Shown: in pieces, positions 16,994 through 27,508 of the stretch | Position numbering within the stretch: position 1 is the first letter of the stretch | How the letters are laid out: every line of letters starts with the position of its first letter | Assembly: GCA_963733255.1 (NCBI GenBank) | Contig: CAVTCH010000019.1 | Location: forward strand, 303,791-367,790 | Source of the DNA: an uncultured Actinomycetes bacterium | GTDB lineage: Bacteria; Actinomycetota; Thermoleophilia; UBA2241 | Direction: 5' to 3' | DNA: 64,000 nt | The notes under the pieces: generated by a model | Database searches by the model: none | What the model was told of the DNA's origin: nothing | The model's input: only the letters and a program-made list of their open reading frames with translations | Made by a program: the position numbers and the translations under genes

Positions 16994-17142
16994 AGGCTCC
17001 ACCTTGCCGTGTTCGCTTTCTTATTGAACCTGCAAGAGCAGGTGGGTGCCCTCCCGGCGGTCCACGGACCGACCGGAGTCGGGCTCCCGGCGCGTGAGTG
17101 TTGGCTCAATAACGCCACGAATCACGCACAAGGTCGAGCAAC
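16994..17142 (-). ncRNA. ssrS: 6S RNA (SsrS)-like
   Basis: Closing stem GCTCGACCTTG/CAAGGTGGAGC; TTGAGCCAACAC...GGGAGC...GAGGGCACCCACCTG...CAGGTTCAA motifs typical of Firmicutes-type 6S; lies directly downstream of aspS; extended -10 TGCTAGCAT just upstream. Confidence 0.75.
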
Positions 17143-17226
17143 CGGCATGCTAGCAGACGATAACTCGTCCCACAATTTGTCGGCAGTCCGGCGAAATGCT
17201 TGAGTAACTGAAAAACGGGGCGAACG

Positions 17227-18990
17227 TCAGGCGGGCCGCACGCGCAGGTCTTGCAGCTGGCGCGCGTCGACCGGCGCGGGCGCGCCGGTCATGGGGTCTG
17301 AGCCCGAAGCGGTCTTCGGAAAGGCGATGACGTCGCGGATCGACGATTCGCCCGCCAGCAGCATGACGATGCGATCGAAGCCCAGGCCGATGCCGCCGTG
17401 CGGCGGCGCGCCGTACTCGAGCGCTTCGAGAAACCAGCCGAACGACTCGTCGATGCGCGCGTCGCTCATGCCGAGCGTGCGCAGGATGGAGCGCTGCAGG
17501 GCGGCGTCGGGGATGCGCAGGGAACCCGAGCCGAGCTCGACGCCGTTCAGGACGAGATCGTACTGGGCGCCCTTCACGCGAAGGGGTTCGCTGTCCAGGT
17601 AGGCGAGCGTGTCGTCGGTCGGCAGGCTGAAGGGGTTGTGGCCGTAGGTGAGGACGCCGGTCTCGGGGTCGATCTCGAAGAGCGGAAACTCGACGACCCA
17701 CAGCAGCGACCAGCGTCGGGCCGGCTCGGGGGCGAGCAACCCGATGAGCGCTCCGCGCAGGGCGCCCAGCACGCCGGCCGCGGCGAGCGCCTGGTCGGCG
17801 GCGAAGACGATCAGGTCGCCGGGCTCGGCGGCCGTGCGGTCGACCAGGGCGGCCTGCTCGTCGGCCGACAGGAACTTGACGATCGGTCCGCGCAAGGCCC
17901 GGCCTTCTTCGACGTACACGTAGGCCATGCCCCTGGCGCCGTGGGCCTTGGCATGCTCGGTGAGACCGTCGATCTGGGCGCGCGACAGGCGGGCGCCGCC
18001 GGGCGCCCTGATCGCGCGCACCACGCCGCCGGCGGAAACAGCGCCGCGGAACACCTGAAAGCCGCTGTCGCCGAACACGTCGGACAGCTCGACGATCTCG
18101 AACCCGTAGCGCAGGTCGGGCTTGTCGGAGCCGAAGCGCAGCATGGCTTCGTCGTAGGTGAGCGTCGGCAGCGGCAGCTCGAGCGGCCCCTCGCCCACGG
18201 CCTCGAAGATCGCCGCCATGAGGCCTTCGAGCAAGGCCCGGATCTCGGCGGCCGTCATAAACGACATCTCGGCGTCGATCTGGGTGTGCTCAGGCTGGCG
18301 GTCGGCGCGCAGGTCTTCGTCGCGAAAGCAGCGCGCGAGCTGGTAGTAGCGGTCGACCCCGCCCACCATCAGGATCTGCTTGAACATCTGCGGCGACTGC
18401 GGCAGCGCGTAGAAGCTGTGCGGCTGCAGGCGTGAGGGCACGAGAAAGTCGCGCGCGCCCTCGGGTGACGAGCGGGTCAGCATCGGCGTCTCGATCTCGA
18501 GAAAGCGATTGGCGTTCAGGTAGTCGCGCGCCGCCGTGGCGGCGCGGTGGCGCAGCTCGAGACGAGCCAGCATGGGAGCCCGGCGGATGTCGAGGTAGCG
18601 ATACCTGAGCCGCAACGTCTCGTCGACGTCGTGCCCCTCGCCCGATTCGATCTCGAACGGCGGCGTGCGCGCCGCCGACAGCAGGGTGGCTGCGCCGACC
18701 CGCACTTCGATCTCGCCGCTCGGCAGACCGGGGTTGACGGTTTCGGGCGAACGCGCGACCACCTCGCCGCTCGCGCGCACCACGTACTCGGACCGCAGGC
18801 CTTCGGCGAAGTGGTGCGCTGCGGGCGCGACACGGGGGTCGAAGACGAGCTGCACGAGGCCGGAGCGATCGCGCAGGTCGACGAAGATCAGGTTGCCGTG
18901 GTCGCGGCGACGGGCGACCCAGCCGGCGAGGCTCACTGTGCGACCGACGTCGGCGGCCCGCAGCTCGCCGGGCAGCGCGCTGCGCATCAC
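17227..18990 (-). CDS. aspS: Aspartate--tRNA ligase (possibly non-discriminating)
   Basis: [51 protein letters not shown]; His in RDHG is typical of non-discriminating AspRS. Confidence 0.97.
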   Translation of the reverse strand: MMRSALPGELRAADVGRTVSLAGWVARRRDHGNLIFVDLRDRSGLVQLVFDPRVAPAAHHFAEGLRSEYVVRASGEVVARSPETVNPGLPSGEIEVRVGAATLLSAARTPPFEIESGEGHDVDETLRLRYRYLDIRRAPMLARLELRHRAATAARDYLNANRFLEIETPMLTRSSPEGARDFLVPSRLQPHSFYALPQSPQMFKQILMVGGVDRYYQLARCFRDEDLRADRQPEHTQIDAEMSFMTAAEIRALLEGLMAAIFEAVGEGPLELPLPTLTYDEAMLRFGSDKPDLRYGFEIVELSDVFGDSGFQVFRGAVSAGGVVRAIRAPGGARLSRAQIDGLTEHAKAHGARGMAYVYVEEGRALRGPIVKFLSADEQAALVDRTAAEPGDLIVFAADQALAAAGVLGALRGALIGLLAPEPARRWSLLWVVEFPLFEIDPETGVLTYGHNPFSLPTDDTLAYLDSEPLRVKGAQYDLVLNGVELGSGSLRIPDAALQRSILRTLGMSDARIDESFGWFLEALEYGAPPHGGIGLGFDRIVMLLAGESSIRDVIAFPKTASGSDPMTGAPAPVDARQLQDLRVRPA

Positions 18991-20339
18991 GCCTCTCCCC
19001 CGCCGTTGCCGCCCAGCGGGTTGCCGTTGCCGTTGCCGTGATGGTGACCGTGACCGTCGAGGCCGTCGTCGTCGAGCCAGTCGTCGAACCAGTCGCCGAG
19101 CTCGTCGACGGCGACGTCTTCTTCGTCGCCGTTTTCGAGGTCGCGCACGCGCACCTCGCCGTCGGCGACGCCGTCGAGGCCGACGAGCACTGCCAGCTCG
19201 GCGCCGCTGCGGCCGGCCTGCTTGAGCTGCGCCTTGGCGCTGCGCGCGACGAGATCGCACTCGGCGTCGATCAGCAGATCGCGACGCAGGTGCTGGGTGA
19301 GCGCGAAGGCGTCGGCTCGAGCCTCGTCTGAGAATGCCACCACGTAGGCGAGCGGGCCCTCGTCCTCTTGTTCTTCGAGGCCCGAGACGAGCGTGACGCG
19401 CTCGAGGCCGCTGCCGAACCCGAAGCCCGGCGTGGGCGGCCCGCCGATCAGCTCGACGAGGCCGTCGTAGCGCCCGCCTCCGCCGATGGTGCTCTGGGCA
19501 AAGCCCAGCGAGTTGGACTGGTATTCGAACGTGGTGCGCGTGTAGTAGTCGAGACCTCGCACCAGCCTGAAGTCGAGGACCGGGTCGAGGCCGACCCTGC
19601 GCAGCAGCTCGAGCACCGTGTCGAAATGTCGCCGGCACGGTTCGCAGAGATGGTCGACCAGGTGCGGCGCGCCGGCCAGCACCGCGCGGCAGCCCTCGAC
19701 CTTGCAGTCGAACGTGCGCAGCGGGTTGGTGGTCGTGCGTTCGCGACACTCGCCGCAGAGCTCGTCGGCATGGGCCGCGAGGAACTCGCGCAGCAGCTCG
19801 GTATAGGCCGGCCGGCACTGGGCGTCGCCCATGCTGTTCACCGCCAGGGTGAGGTCGCCGATCTCGAGCTCGTCGTAGATCTGGCCGAGCATCGCGATAA
19901 CTTCGGCGTCGACCAGTGGGTCGTCCGAGCCCAGGGCTTCGGCCCCGAACTGGTAGTGCTCGCGATAGCGACCGGCCTGGGGGCGTTCGTAGCGGAACAT
20001 CGGGGCGTAGTACCAGAGTTTGACCGGCTTGGTGAGCTTGAACATGCCGTGCTCGACGTAGGCGCGGCACACCGGCGCGGTGCCTTCGGGGCGCAGCGTG
20101 AGGTCGCGCCCGCTGCGGTCGGGGAACGAATACATCTCCTTGCGCACGATGTCGGTCGCATCGCCGACCCCGCGCGCGAACAGCGCGGTCTCCTCGAACT
20201 CGGGCGTGACGATCTGACGAAAGCCGTAGGAGGTGAACACATCGGCCACGATGGCCACGATGTCGGCCCGCCGTTCGGCGTCGGCCGGCAGCAGATCGTA
20301 GGTGCCTTTAGGGGCCCGCGGGGCCTTTGGGGCGCTCAC
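18987..20339 (-). CDS. hisS: Histidine--tRNA ligase
   Basis: [41 protein letters not shown]. Confidence 0.97.
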   Translation of the reverse strand: MSAPKAPRAPKGTYDLLPADAERRADIVAIVADVFTSYGFRQIVTPEFEETALFARGVGDATDIVRKEMYSFPDRSGRDLTLRPEGTAPVCRAYVEHGMFKLTKPVKLWYYAPMFRYERPQAGRYREHYQFGAEALGSDDPLVDAEVIAMLGQIYDELEIGDLTLAVNSMGDAQCRPAYTELLREFLAAHADELCGECRERTTTNPLRTFDCKVEGCRAVLAGAPHLVDHLCEPCRRHFDTVLELLRRVGLDPVLDFRLVRGLDYYTRTTFEYQSNSLGFAQSTIGGGGRYDGLVELIGGPPTPGFGFGSGLERVTLVSGLEEQEDEGPLAYVVAFSDEARADAFALTQHLRRDLLIDAECDLVARSAKAQLKQAGRSGAELAVLVGLDGVADGEVRVRDLENGDEEDVAVDELGDWFDDWLDDDGLDGHGHHHGNGNGNPLGGNGGGEA

Positions 20340-20986
20340 CAGCGATGCTCCGGATCGTGGCGCAGGGGCGAGAGGAACGGATTGAGAGCGAGCTCGCGGC
20401 CGAGCGACGTGTCGGGCCCGTGCCCGCAGTGCACCAGCGTGTCGGGCGGGAAGCGACGTACGAGGGCGGCGATCGAGTTGAGGAGCTGGTCGGTGTCGCC
20501 GCCGGGCAGGTCGGTGCGGCCCACGCTGCCCTGGAACAGCAGGTCGCCCGAGAACAGGTGGCCTTCGATGAAGAAGGTGTAGGATCCGGGCGAGTGGCCC
20601 GGGGTCGGAAGGGCGGTGACGGGTACGACGAGGTCGAGCTGCTGCTCGGTCTCGAGCAGCAGCGGCTCGACCGACACCGCCTGAATGGGAAAGCCGGCGA
20701 GTGGCCCGGTGGCCGGCTCGGTGAGCTGGTCGACGTCGGGCGCGCCCACGTAGACGGGCAGCTCGAAGCGCCGCGCCAGGGCGTCGACGGCGCCGAAGTG
20801 GTCGAAGTGGCCGTGCGTGACGAGGATCGCCTGCGGGCGCGCGCCGATCTCGTCGAAGGCGTCGGCCAGCGCGTCGGCCTCGTCGCCGGGGTCGATGACG
20901 AGCGCCTTGCCGTCGGCGGCGACGATGAAGCAGTTGGCGCCGAGCGGCCCGAGGGTCAGCATGAAGACATCGAAATGGTCGGCCAT
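20336..20986 (-). CDS. MBL-fold metallo-hydrolase (glyoxalase II-like)
   Basis: THGHFDH, TPGHSPG, FSGDLLF, GRTDLPGG, GHG motifs. Confidence 0.92.
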   Translation of the reverse strand: MADHFDVFMLTLGPLGANCFIVAADGKALVIDPGDEADALADAFDEIGARPQAILVTHGHFDHFGAVDALARRFELPVYVGAPDVDQLTEPATGPLAGFPIQAVSVEPLLLETEQQLDLVVPVTALPTPGHSPGSYTFFIEGHLFSGDLLFQGSVGRTDLPGGDTDQLLNSIAALVRRFPPDTLVHCGHGPDTSLGRELALNPFLSPLRHDPEHRW

Positions 20987-21087
20987 AGTGCAATCCTTAC
21001 CGTGCGCGGGTGAGCGGCTTACGCTATCAGGCCGGGGACGCCGTCGTCGAGCGTCGGGGCGCGCGCGGCCCTGGCCGGCCGACCGCC

Positions 21088-23370
21088 CTAGCTCGATACC
21101 ACCCGGTAGGCGTCGTAGACCGTGCCGATGGCCTTGAGGTTGGCGATGATGTTGGCGAGCTGGTGGACATCGCCGATCTCTAAGACGAAGCGGTCCCTGA
21201 CGACCCCGTCGGACAGCGTCTGCACCGCGCCGCCGACGATATTGGAGCCCGAGTCGGACAGGGTGCGGGCGATGTCTTCGAGCAGGTGGTTGCGGTCGAG
21301 CGCTTCGACCTGGACTTCGACCCGGAACGCCTGCGCACCCAGCCCCTCCCAGGAGACGTTCGTGAAGCGCTCGCGGTTCTTGGCAAACAGGGCCCGCGCG
21401 TTCTTGCATTCGGCGCGGTGGATGGTGACCCCCTTGCCGAGCGAGATGTACCCCAGGATCTCGTCGCCGGGGATCGGCTTGCAGCACTTCGCCATGCGCA
21501 CCACGATGTCGTGCATGCCTTCGACGGCGATGCCGAACTCACTCGACGCGCCGCCGGCCAGCGCCGCTGCGTTCGATTCGGTCGGGAGCATCGCGATCTC
21601 GGGCACCGCGGCCTGTTCGCCGCCACTGCGCTGCAGGACCTTGTTCACCACCGCGCGCACGGGGATGCGCCCCGAGCCGAGCGCCACGTAGAGGTCGTCG
21701 GCCTTCTGATAGCCGAGGTCCTTGACGGTCCGCGAGAAGACGTCGGACGTGAGCAGCTTCTGGGCCGGCAGCCCCTGCCGGCGCAGGGCTTCCTGCAGCA
21801 GGTCGCGACCCGAGTGCTCGGAGTCTTCGCGCTGCTCGCGGCGGAAGTGCTGGCGGATCTTCTGCCGGGCGCGCGGCGTCGTGGCGATGCCCAGCCAGTC
21901 TCGTGAAGGTCCGCGGCTCGAGCGCGAGGTGATGATCTCGACGATATCGCCGGAGTTCAGCGTGGTGTGCAGCGGCACGATGCGACCGTTGATCTTGGCG
22001 CCCACGCAGTGCGCGCCGACGTCGGTGTGCACGGCGTAGGCGAAGTCGATCGGCGTGGAGCCCTGCGCGAGGCTCTTTACCTCGCCCTTGGGAGTGAAGA
22101 CGAAGACCTCGTCCTCGAAGAGGTCGATACGCAGCGTGTCCATGAACTCTCGGGGGTCGCCCGCGGTCTCGGACTGCCACTCCATCATCTGCCGCAGCCA
22201 GGCGAGCTTGTCGGCGGGACGGTCGCCGTCGCCCTTGGCCTTGTAGAGCCAGTGCGCCGCGACACCGAATTCGGCCGTCTGATGCATGTCGAACGTGCGG
22301 ATCTGGATCTCGAGCGGCTTGCCCCCCGGCCCGATGACGGTCGTGTGCAGCGACTGGTAGAGGTTGAACTTGGGCATCGCGATGTAGTCCTTGAAGCGTC
22401 CGGGGATGGGTTTCCAGACGGCGTGGATCACACCGATGGCGCCGTAGCAGTCCTTGACGGTCTCGACCAGGACCCGCAGGGCCGTAAGGTCGAAGATCTC
22501 GTTGAACTCCTTGCCGCGCCGGCTCATCTTGATATAGATCGAATAGAAGTGCTTGGCGCGTCCGGTGATCTCGGAGCGCACGCCCACCTTGGAGAGCTCG
22601 TCTTCGAGGAACCGCGCCGATTCGGTGATGTAGTCTTCGCGATCGGCGCGACGCTGCGACACCATGCGCTCGATCTCGGCGTACTTGCGCGGGTGAAGGG
22701 TCGCGAAGGCAAGGTCTTCGAGCTGCCACTTGACGCTGTTGATGCCCAGCCGGTGGGCCAGCGGCGCGTAGATCTCGAGTGTCTCCTTGGACTTCTGGAT
22801 CTGCTTCTGCTTGCCCAGGTAGCACAGGGTGCGCATGTTGTGGAGGCGGTCGGCGAGCTTGATCAGGATCACGCGGATGTCTTCGGCCATGGCCACGATC
22901 ATCTTGCGGTAGTTTTCGGCCTGCTCCTCTTCGGTGGAGGTGAAGCTGATCTTGGTCAGCTTGGTGACGCCGTCGACCAGCATCGCGATCACGTCGCCGA
23001 ACTCGGAGCGGATGACTTCGATCGGCGTGTCGGTGTCTTCGACCACGTCGTGCAGCAGGGCGGCCGCGATGGTCGAGTCGTCGAGCCGCAGCTCGGCGCA
23101 GATCAGGGCCGTGCCCACGGGGTGGTTGATGAAGTCCTCGCCGCTCTTGCGAGCCTGCCCGCCGTGTTTTTCGCAGGCCATCTCGAAGGCGCGCGTGATG
23201 AGCGCCTCGTCGACGTCGGGGTTGTAGACCGCCACCGCCGCGAGCACGCGCTCCAGCAGCTCGCGCTGCTTTTCGGCGGCAGGAGCCAGCGGCCCCAGCG
23301 GAGCGTGGCCTAGAGGCGGATGCTCAGGCAGTGTCTGAGAAATGTCGTCGTCTGGAATCGTTCGTACCAT
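21088..23370 (-). CDS. relA: Bifunctional (p)ppGpp synthetase/hydrolase Rel
   Basis: HD domain LLHDVVED, KLADRLHNMRTL, YQSLHT, EIQIRT, TGS and ACT domains; start uncertain (overlaps recJ by 61 bp). Confidence 0.96.
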   Translation of the reverse strand: MVRTIPDDDISQTLPEHPPLGHAPLGPLAPAAEKQRELLERVLAAVAVYNPDVDEALITRAFEMACEKHGGQARKSGEDFINHPVGTALICAELRLDDSTIAAALLHDVVEDTDTPIEVIRSEFGDVIAMLVDGVTKLTKISFTSTEEEQAENYRKMIVAMAEDIRVILIKLADRLHNMRTLCYLGKQKQIQKSKETLEIYAPLAHRLGINSVKWQLEDLAFATLHPRKYAEIERMVSQRRADREDYITESARFLEDELSKVGVRSEITGRAKHFYSIYIKMSRRGKEFNEIFDLTALRVLVETVKDCYGAIGVIHAVWKPIPGRFKDYIAMPKFNLYQSLHTTVIGPGGKPLEIQIRTFDMHQTAEFGVAAHWLYKAKGDGDRPADKLAWLRQMMEWQSETAGDPREFMDTLRIDLFEDEVFVFTPKGEVKSLAQGSTPIDFAYAVHTDVGAHCVGAKINGRIVPLHTTLNSGDIVEIITSRSSRGPSRDWLGIATTPRARQKIRQHFRREQREDSEHSGRDLLQEALRRQGLPAQKLLTSDVFSRTVKDLGYQKADDLYVALGSGRIPVRAVVNKVLQRSGGEQAAVPEIAMLPTESNAAALAGGASSEFGIAVEGMHDIVVRMAKCCKPIPGDEILGYISLGKGVTIHRAECKNARALFAKNRERFTNVSWEGLGAQAFRVEVQVEALDRNHLLEDIARTLSDSGSNIVGGAVQTLSDGVVRDRFVLEIGDVHQLANIIANLKAIGTVYDAYRVVSS

Positions 23371-25889
23371 CGTCGATAGGTGGCGGAGATCGCCAAGTCG
23401 ATCTTGCCCTCCGTCTTTCTCACTCCCTTCTTGCCGTCGCTCGCGGCCAGCAAACCGGCTTCGGACAGCGTGCTCACGGCGGCCGCCAGCGTCGGCAGCC
23501 CCGCGAGAAAGCCGTGCCGGCCGAGCAACTCGGCATCGAGGCCGGGCTCGTCGCTCGCGCCACTGGCGGCGAGCACGCGATACACGCGCCGGCAGACAGC
23601 CTCGAGATCGTAGTCCGAGGCGATCACGGCCTTCGTGAAGTCTACCTCACTCTCACCCCACAGCACGTGAACGCAGGCCTGCGGGGCCGTCGCCAGCAGG
23701 ATCTCGCCGAACAGGCCGCCGTCGAACGGCGGGTCGACGAAGGCCACGTGGTCGAAGGCGCCCACGAGCTCGGGGTTGGCGGCGGCCGTCACCGTGTCGG
23801 CCATGACCACGTCGGGCTCGTCGCCGACGCCGTCGCCGCACACGGCCAGCCCGAGGCGCGACACGGCGCAGGCGCCGTTCAGATAGAGGTAGGTGCGCCC
23901 GAGCCCGGGAAGGTAGGCAGCCCGCGTGAGCAGCGGCCGGCGGCGGCCGACGTCGGCTACCAGCACCAGCAGCCGGCCGCCTGCCGCCACGAGCGAGGCG
24001 AGCGCGGCTTCGACGGGCCGGGAGCGACGGTCGAACAGGCGTCGCTCGCGGCGCAGAGCGGCGACCGTCGCGGCTCCGTCGGTCAGCGTCGCCCCCGGGA
24101 GGTCGGCGTCGGCGAGCGCCTCCCAGAACTCGTCGCCGGAGACCCGCTGCGGGCACGTGACGACACACTCGCCCTCGCACAGGTCGGCGCCGGGCGGCGC
24201 GAGCTCGAACGCGCCCTTCACGAGCGCCTGCGGCCTGACCATGCCGTTGAACGAGTTCTTCACGTAGGCCAGCGGCACGTCGTACCGCTGGCCGGGCCGC
24301 AGCTCGTTGACGGCCGAAAAGCCGAATCGCACACCCGGCGCCGTGACGCCGTCGAGGCGCACGTCGCACTGCATGTGCCGCCGGTTGCGGGTGAGCCGGC
24401 AGGCGCCGATCTCGGCGCCATGAAGCAGCAGCAGGGGCCGCGGGTTGCCGAACCCGTGGGGCTCGAAGAGGTCGAGCTCGTCGGTGAGGCCCAGCGTGAG
24501 CTCGTCGCCGGCAGCGACCGCCTCGACGGTGATGAGGCTGCGAAAGTCGTCGGCGCTGAGGCACTCGTCGGCGTAGCCGGCCAGTGCCTCAGCAAAGCTC
24601 GCGACGTCGTCGGTCTTGAGGCTCAGACCACAGGCCGCTTGGTGCCCACCGTAGGTGAGCAAGCGGTCGGAACAGGCCGTCACGCCGGCAAGCAGATCGA
24701 AGGCCGGGATGCTACGCCCCGAACCTTTGGCGACACCATCGGTCTCGCTGAGCAGGATGGTGGGCCGGCCGGTCTGATCGGCCACGCGTGACGCGACGAT
24801 GCCGACCACACCCACGTGCCAGTCGGGGCTCGACAGCACGATCGCGGCCGGCAGCGGATCGGCCAGCCGCGCGAGGGCCTCGCGCAGGATGACCGCCTCG
24901 ATCTCCTGGCGTTCGGCGTTCAGCTGCCCGAGACGCTGGGCGAGCGGCAGGGCCGCGGCGCGATCGGAAGCCCCGAGGAGCTCGACCGCCTGGGCGGCGT
25001 CGTCGAGGCGCCCGGCGGCGTTCAGTCGCGGGGCCAGGCGAAAGCCGATGGTCGACGCGTCGACGTCGTCGGGCCGCGTCTCACTGATCTCGAGAAGGGC
25101 GGCCAGACCGGGCCGAGGGGCGCTGCGCAGGCGACCCACGCCCATGGCCACCAGGCCGCGGTTCTCGTCGAGCAGCGTCGCGACGTCGGCGACAGTGCCG
25201 ACCGCCACCACGTCGAGGTAGGGACGCAGCGCGAGCGGCAGCTCGACGCGGTCGTCTCCGCGCTCCTGCAGGAGCGCGTGGGCAAGCTTGAGCGCGACCC
25301 CGACGCCGGCCAGCTCGCGGCAGGGATAGTGACCCAGCTTGGGGTTCACCACGATGCCCTCCGGCAAAGGTCCGAGGGGCTCGTGATGGTCGGTGACGAT
25401 CACGTCGAGGCCGATCTCGCGCGCGTGGGCGACCTCGGCGTGAGCGCCGATCCCGCAGTCGACGGTGACGACGAGGCCGACCCCGGCCGCCGCGAGCTCG
25501 TCGAGCGCCTCGGCGGAGAGGCCGTAACCGTCGGCAAAGCGGTTGGGCAGCCGCCAGACCACGTTTGCGCCCATGTCGACGCGCAGGAACTCGCTGAGCA
25601 GGAACGTGGCGGTGATGCCGTCGGCGTCGTAGTCGCCGTACACGGCGATCGTCTCACCCCGGCCAAGGGCGCGATCGATGCGCTTGCGCGCCTCGGCCAT
25701 GCCGTCGAGCAGGTAGGGGCTGTGGACGCGAAAGTCGGGGTGCAGGAACTCGTAGGCGGCAGCCGGGTCGGTGAAGCCTCGCCGCGCGAGGATCTCGGCG
25801 GCGAGCCGGCCGATCCGGAGCTCGTCGGCGAGCAGCGCGGCGACACGCAGGTCGCACGGTTCGATCCGCCAGCTCTGCTCTCTCATCAT
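23310..25889 (-). CDS. recJ: ssDNA exonuclease RecJ with C-terminal extension
   Basis: YGDYDADG, TVDCG, TDHH, PRLNAAGRL, GSGRS, GGH motifs; about 300 aa extra C-terminus. Confidence 0.95.
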   Translation of the reverse strand: MMREQSWRIEPCDLRVAALLADELRIGRLAAEILARRGFTDPAAAYEFLHPDFRVHSPYLLDGMAEARKRIDRALGRGETIAVYGDYDADGITATFLLSEFLRVDMGANVVWRLPNRFADGYGLSAEALDELAAAGVGLVVTVDCGIGAHAEVAHAREIGLDVIVTDHHEPLGPLPEGIVVNPKLGHYPCRELAGVGVALKLAHALLQERGDDRVELPLALRPYLDVVAVGTVADVATLLDENRGLVAMGVGRLRSAPRPGLAALLEISETRPDDVDASTIGFRLAPRLNAAGRLDDAAQAVELLGASDRAAALPLAQRLGQLNAERQEIEAVILREALARLADPLPAAIVLSSPDWHVGVVGIVASRVADQTGRPTILLSETDGVAKGSGRSIPAFDLLAGVTACSDRLLTYGGHQAACGLSLKTDDVASFAEALAGYADECLSADDFRSLITVEAVAAGDELTLGLTDELDLFEPHGFGNPRPLLLLHGAEIGACRLTRNRRHMQCDVRLDGVTAPGVRFGFSAVNELRPGQRYDVPLAYVKNSFNGMVRPQALVKGAFELAPPGADLCEGECVVTCPQRVSGDEFWEALADADLPGATLTDGAATVAALRRERRLFDRRSRPVEAALASLVAAGGRLLVLVADVGRRRPLLTRAAYLPGLGRTYLYLNGACAVSRLGLAVCGDGVGDEPDVVMADTVTAAANPELVGAFDHVAFVDPPFDGGLFGEILLATAPQACVHVLWGESEVDFTKAVIASDYDLEAVCRRVYRVLAASGASDEPGLDAELLGRHGFLAGLPTLAAAVSTLSEAGLLAASDGKKGVRKTEGKIDLAISATYRRWYERFQTTTFLRHCLSIRL

Positions 25890-26007
25890 CGCCCCATCCT
25901 ACAGGCGCCGGCAGACGGACGCGGCACTCGAGCCCGAGAGCGCCGCGCGACCCAGAGCGAGCGGCGACGCGACGCGTGACTGCCGGACACGAGATCGGGG
26001 GGCGTCG

Positions 26008-26367
26008 TCAGGATGCCGCCGGCGGCGCGGCGGCGCCGGGTGGCGCGGCGGCGCCGGACGCCGGCCCGGCGCCGGGACTCGCCGCGACCGGCGGCGAGCC
26101 TTCTGCCGCGCGCAGACGAACATAGGTGCGCTGCAGTTCCTCTTGGAGGAGACGGCGATCGCGCGCCATGAGCAGGCCCGCGGCGACGGCCGAAAGCAGG
26201 CCGACCACGACGACCACGGCCGCGACGAGAGCCGCGACCGACAGCAACGAGGCCTTGTGCCAGGTGCCGACCACATAGTCGAGGTCGACCCTGGCGCCGC
26301 GGCTGGCGACACCGACGGCCACGACGAGCGCGGCGACCACCAGCAGCGCGGTGAAGATCTTTCTCAT
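26008..26367 (-). CDS. Small two-TM hypothetical protein (LapA-like)
   Basis: Two hydrophobic helices followed by a short coiled coil and a Pro/Ala tail. Confidence 0.6.
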   Translation of the reverse strand: MRKIFTALLVVAALVVAVGVASRGARVDLDYVVGTWHKASLLSVAALVAAVVVVVGLLSAVAAGLLMARDRRLLQEELQRTYVRLRAAEGSPPVAASPGAGPASGAAAPPGAAAPPAAS

Positions 26368-26484
26368 GATGCGGCTACTTCCGGAGTGCGACTGCCGCCG
26401 CCAGTATAGCGTGCCGCGCCGGTCGCGCGGAGAGGGAGACGCCGGCACCGGGGACGACCCGTCGACCGGCGGAGCACGCGGCGG

Positions 26485-27492
26485 CTACGAGCCGATCGTC
26501 ACGTGGGCGGCGGCGCGCGCCCTCGCGAGCCAGGCCTCGAGCAGCGCGGCGCGACGTTCCAGCTTGAGCTGCGCCACGATGGCCGGGCGGGCCGTGGCCA
26601 GTGACTGCGTGTGCGCGGCACGGCGCCCCAGCACTTTGAGCACATGCCAGCCGCCGGCCGCCTGGACGGGTCCGACCAGCACGCCGCGACGCGCTACCGC
26701 GAGCACCCGTCTGAGCTGCGCCGGCAGCGACGCCGTCGTCACCCAGCCGACCACGCCGCCGGCGGCCGTCGACTGCTCGTCCATCGAGTAGGCGCGCGCC
26801 ACTTCGGCGAACGGGTAGCCCGCGTGCAGCCGGTCGACGACCGCCTTGCCCAGCGACTTCGTCTTGACGACGATCTCCGCCAGGCGGACGGCGGCCGGCG
26901 TGGTGAGCTGCGCGCGCTGGGAACGATAGAAGGCGGCCACCTGCCGATCGGTGACGGCGGCCGCAGGGAACTTGCGCGCGCCGAGCCGCTCGGCCAGCAG
27001 GGCAGCTCGCAACTCGTCGCGGTAGTCGGCCAGAGTAAGGCCGACGGAAGCCAGCGACTGCTGCAGGGCCGTGGAGCCGCCGAGGCTTGTGGCCACCTGC
27101 GTGAGCCGCGCGTCGACGTCGGACTCGGCGACGCTCACGCCCAGCCGGTCCGCCTCGGCCGTCAGCAGATGACGCCGGATCGTCGCCTCGAGGGCCTGGC
27201 GGTAGGTGAGCGCCTTCGTCGACAAGCGCGAAAAGGACATCGCGCGTTCGACTTCGGCCTTTGTGACAGGGTCGCCGTTGACGCGGGCCACGACCGCGGC
27301 AGAGCCGCCGGCCGAGCCCGCGGCGGACGATGTCGGACTCGGGCTCGCCGTCGCGGCGCCGTGGTCGCTCGCCGTCGAGCAGCCCCCCGCCAGCAGCAGG
27401 GCGCCAAAAGCCAGGGCGACGAGGACGAGCGCGGCGCGCGGCGCGGCCCTGCGCGCGGACGAGGCATTGGTACTGCGGAACGCGCTGCTCAC
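26485..27492 (-). CDS. SurA/PrsA-like peptidyl-prolyl isomerase lipoprotein
   Basis: Lipobox LLLAGGC, VVARVNG, FAEVARAYSMD...GGVVGW, GWHVLKV parvulin motifs; start estimated. Confidence 0.85.
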   Translation of the reverse strand: MSSAFRSTNASSARRAAPRAALVLVALAFGALLLAGGCSTASDHGAATASPSPTSSAAGSAGGSAAVVARVNGDPVTKAEVERAMSFSRLSTKALTYRQALEATIRRHLLTAEADRLGVSVAESDVDARLTQVATSLGGSTALQQSLASVGLTLADYRDELRAALLAERLGARKFPAAAVTDRQVAAFYRSQRAQLTTPAAVRLAEIVVKTKSLGKAVVDRLHAGYPFAEVARAYSMDEQSTAAGGVVGWVTTASLPAQLRRVLAVARRGVLVGPVQAAGGWHVLKVLGRRAAHTQSLATARPAIVAQLKLERRAALLEAWLARARAAAHVTIGS

Positions 27493-27508
27493 GTGGACGC
27501 GACGGACG

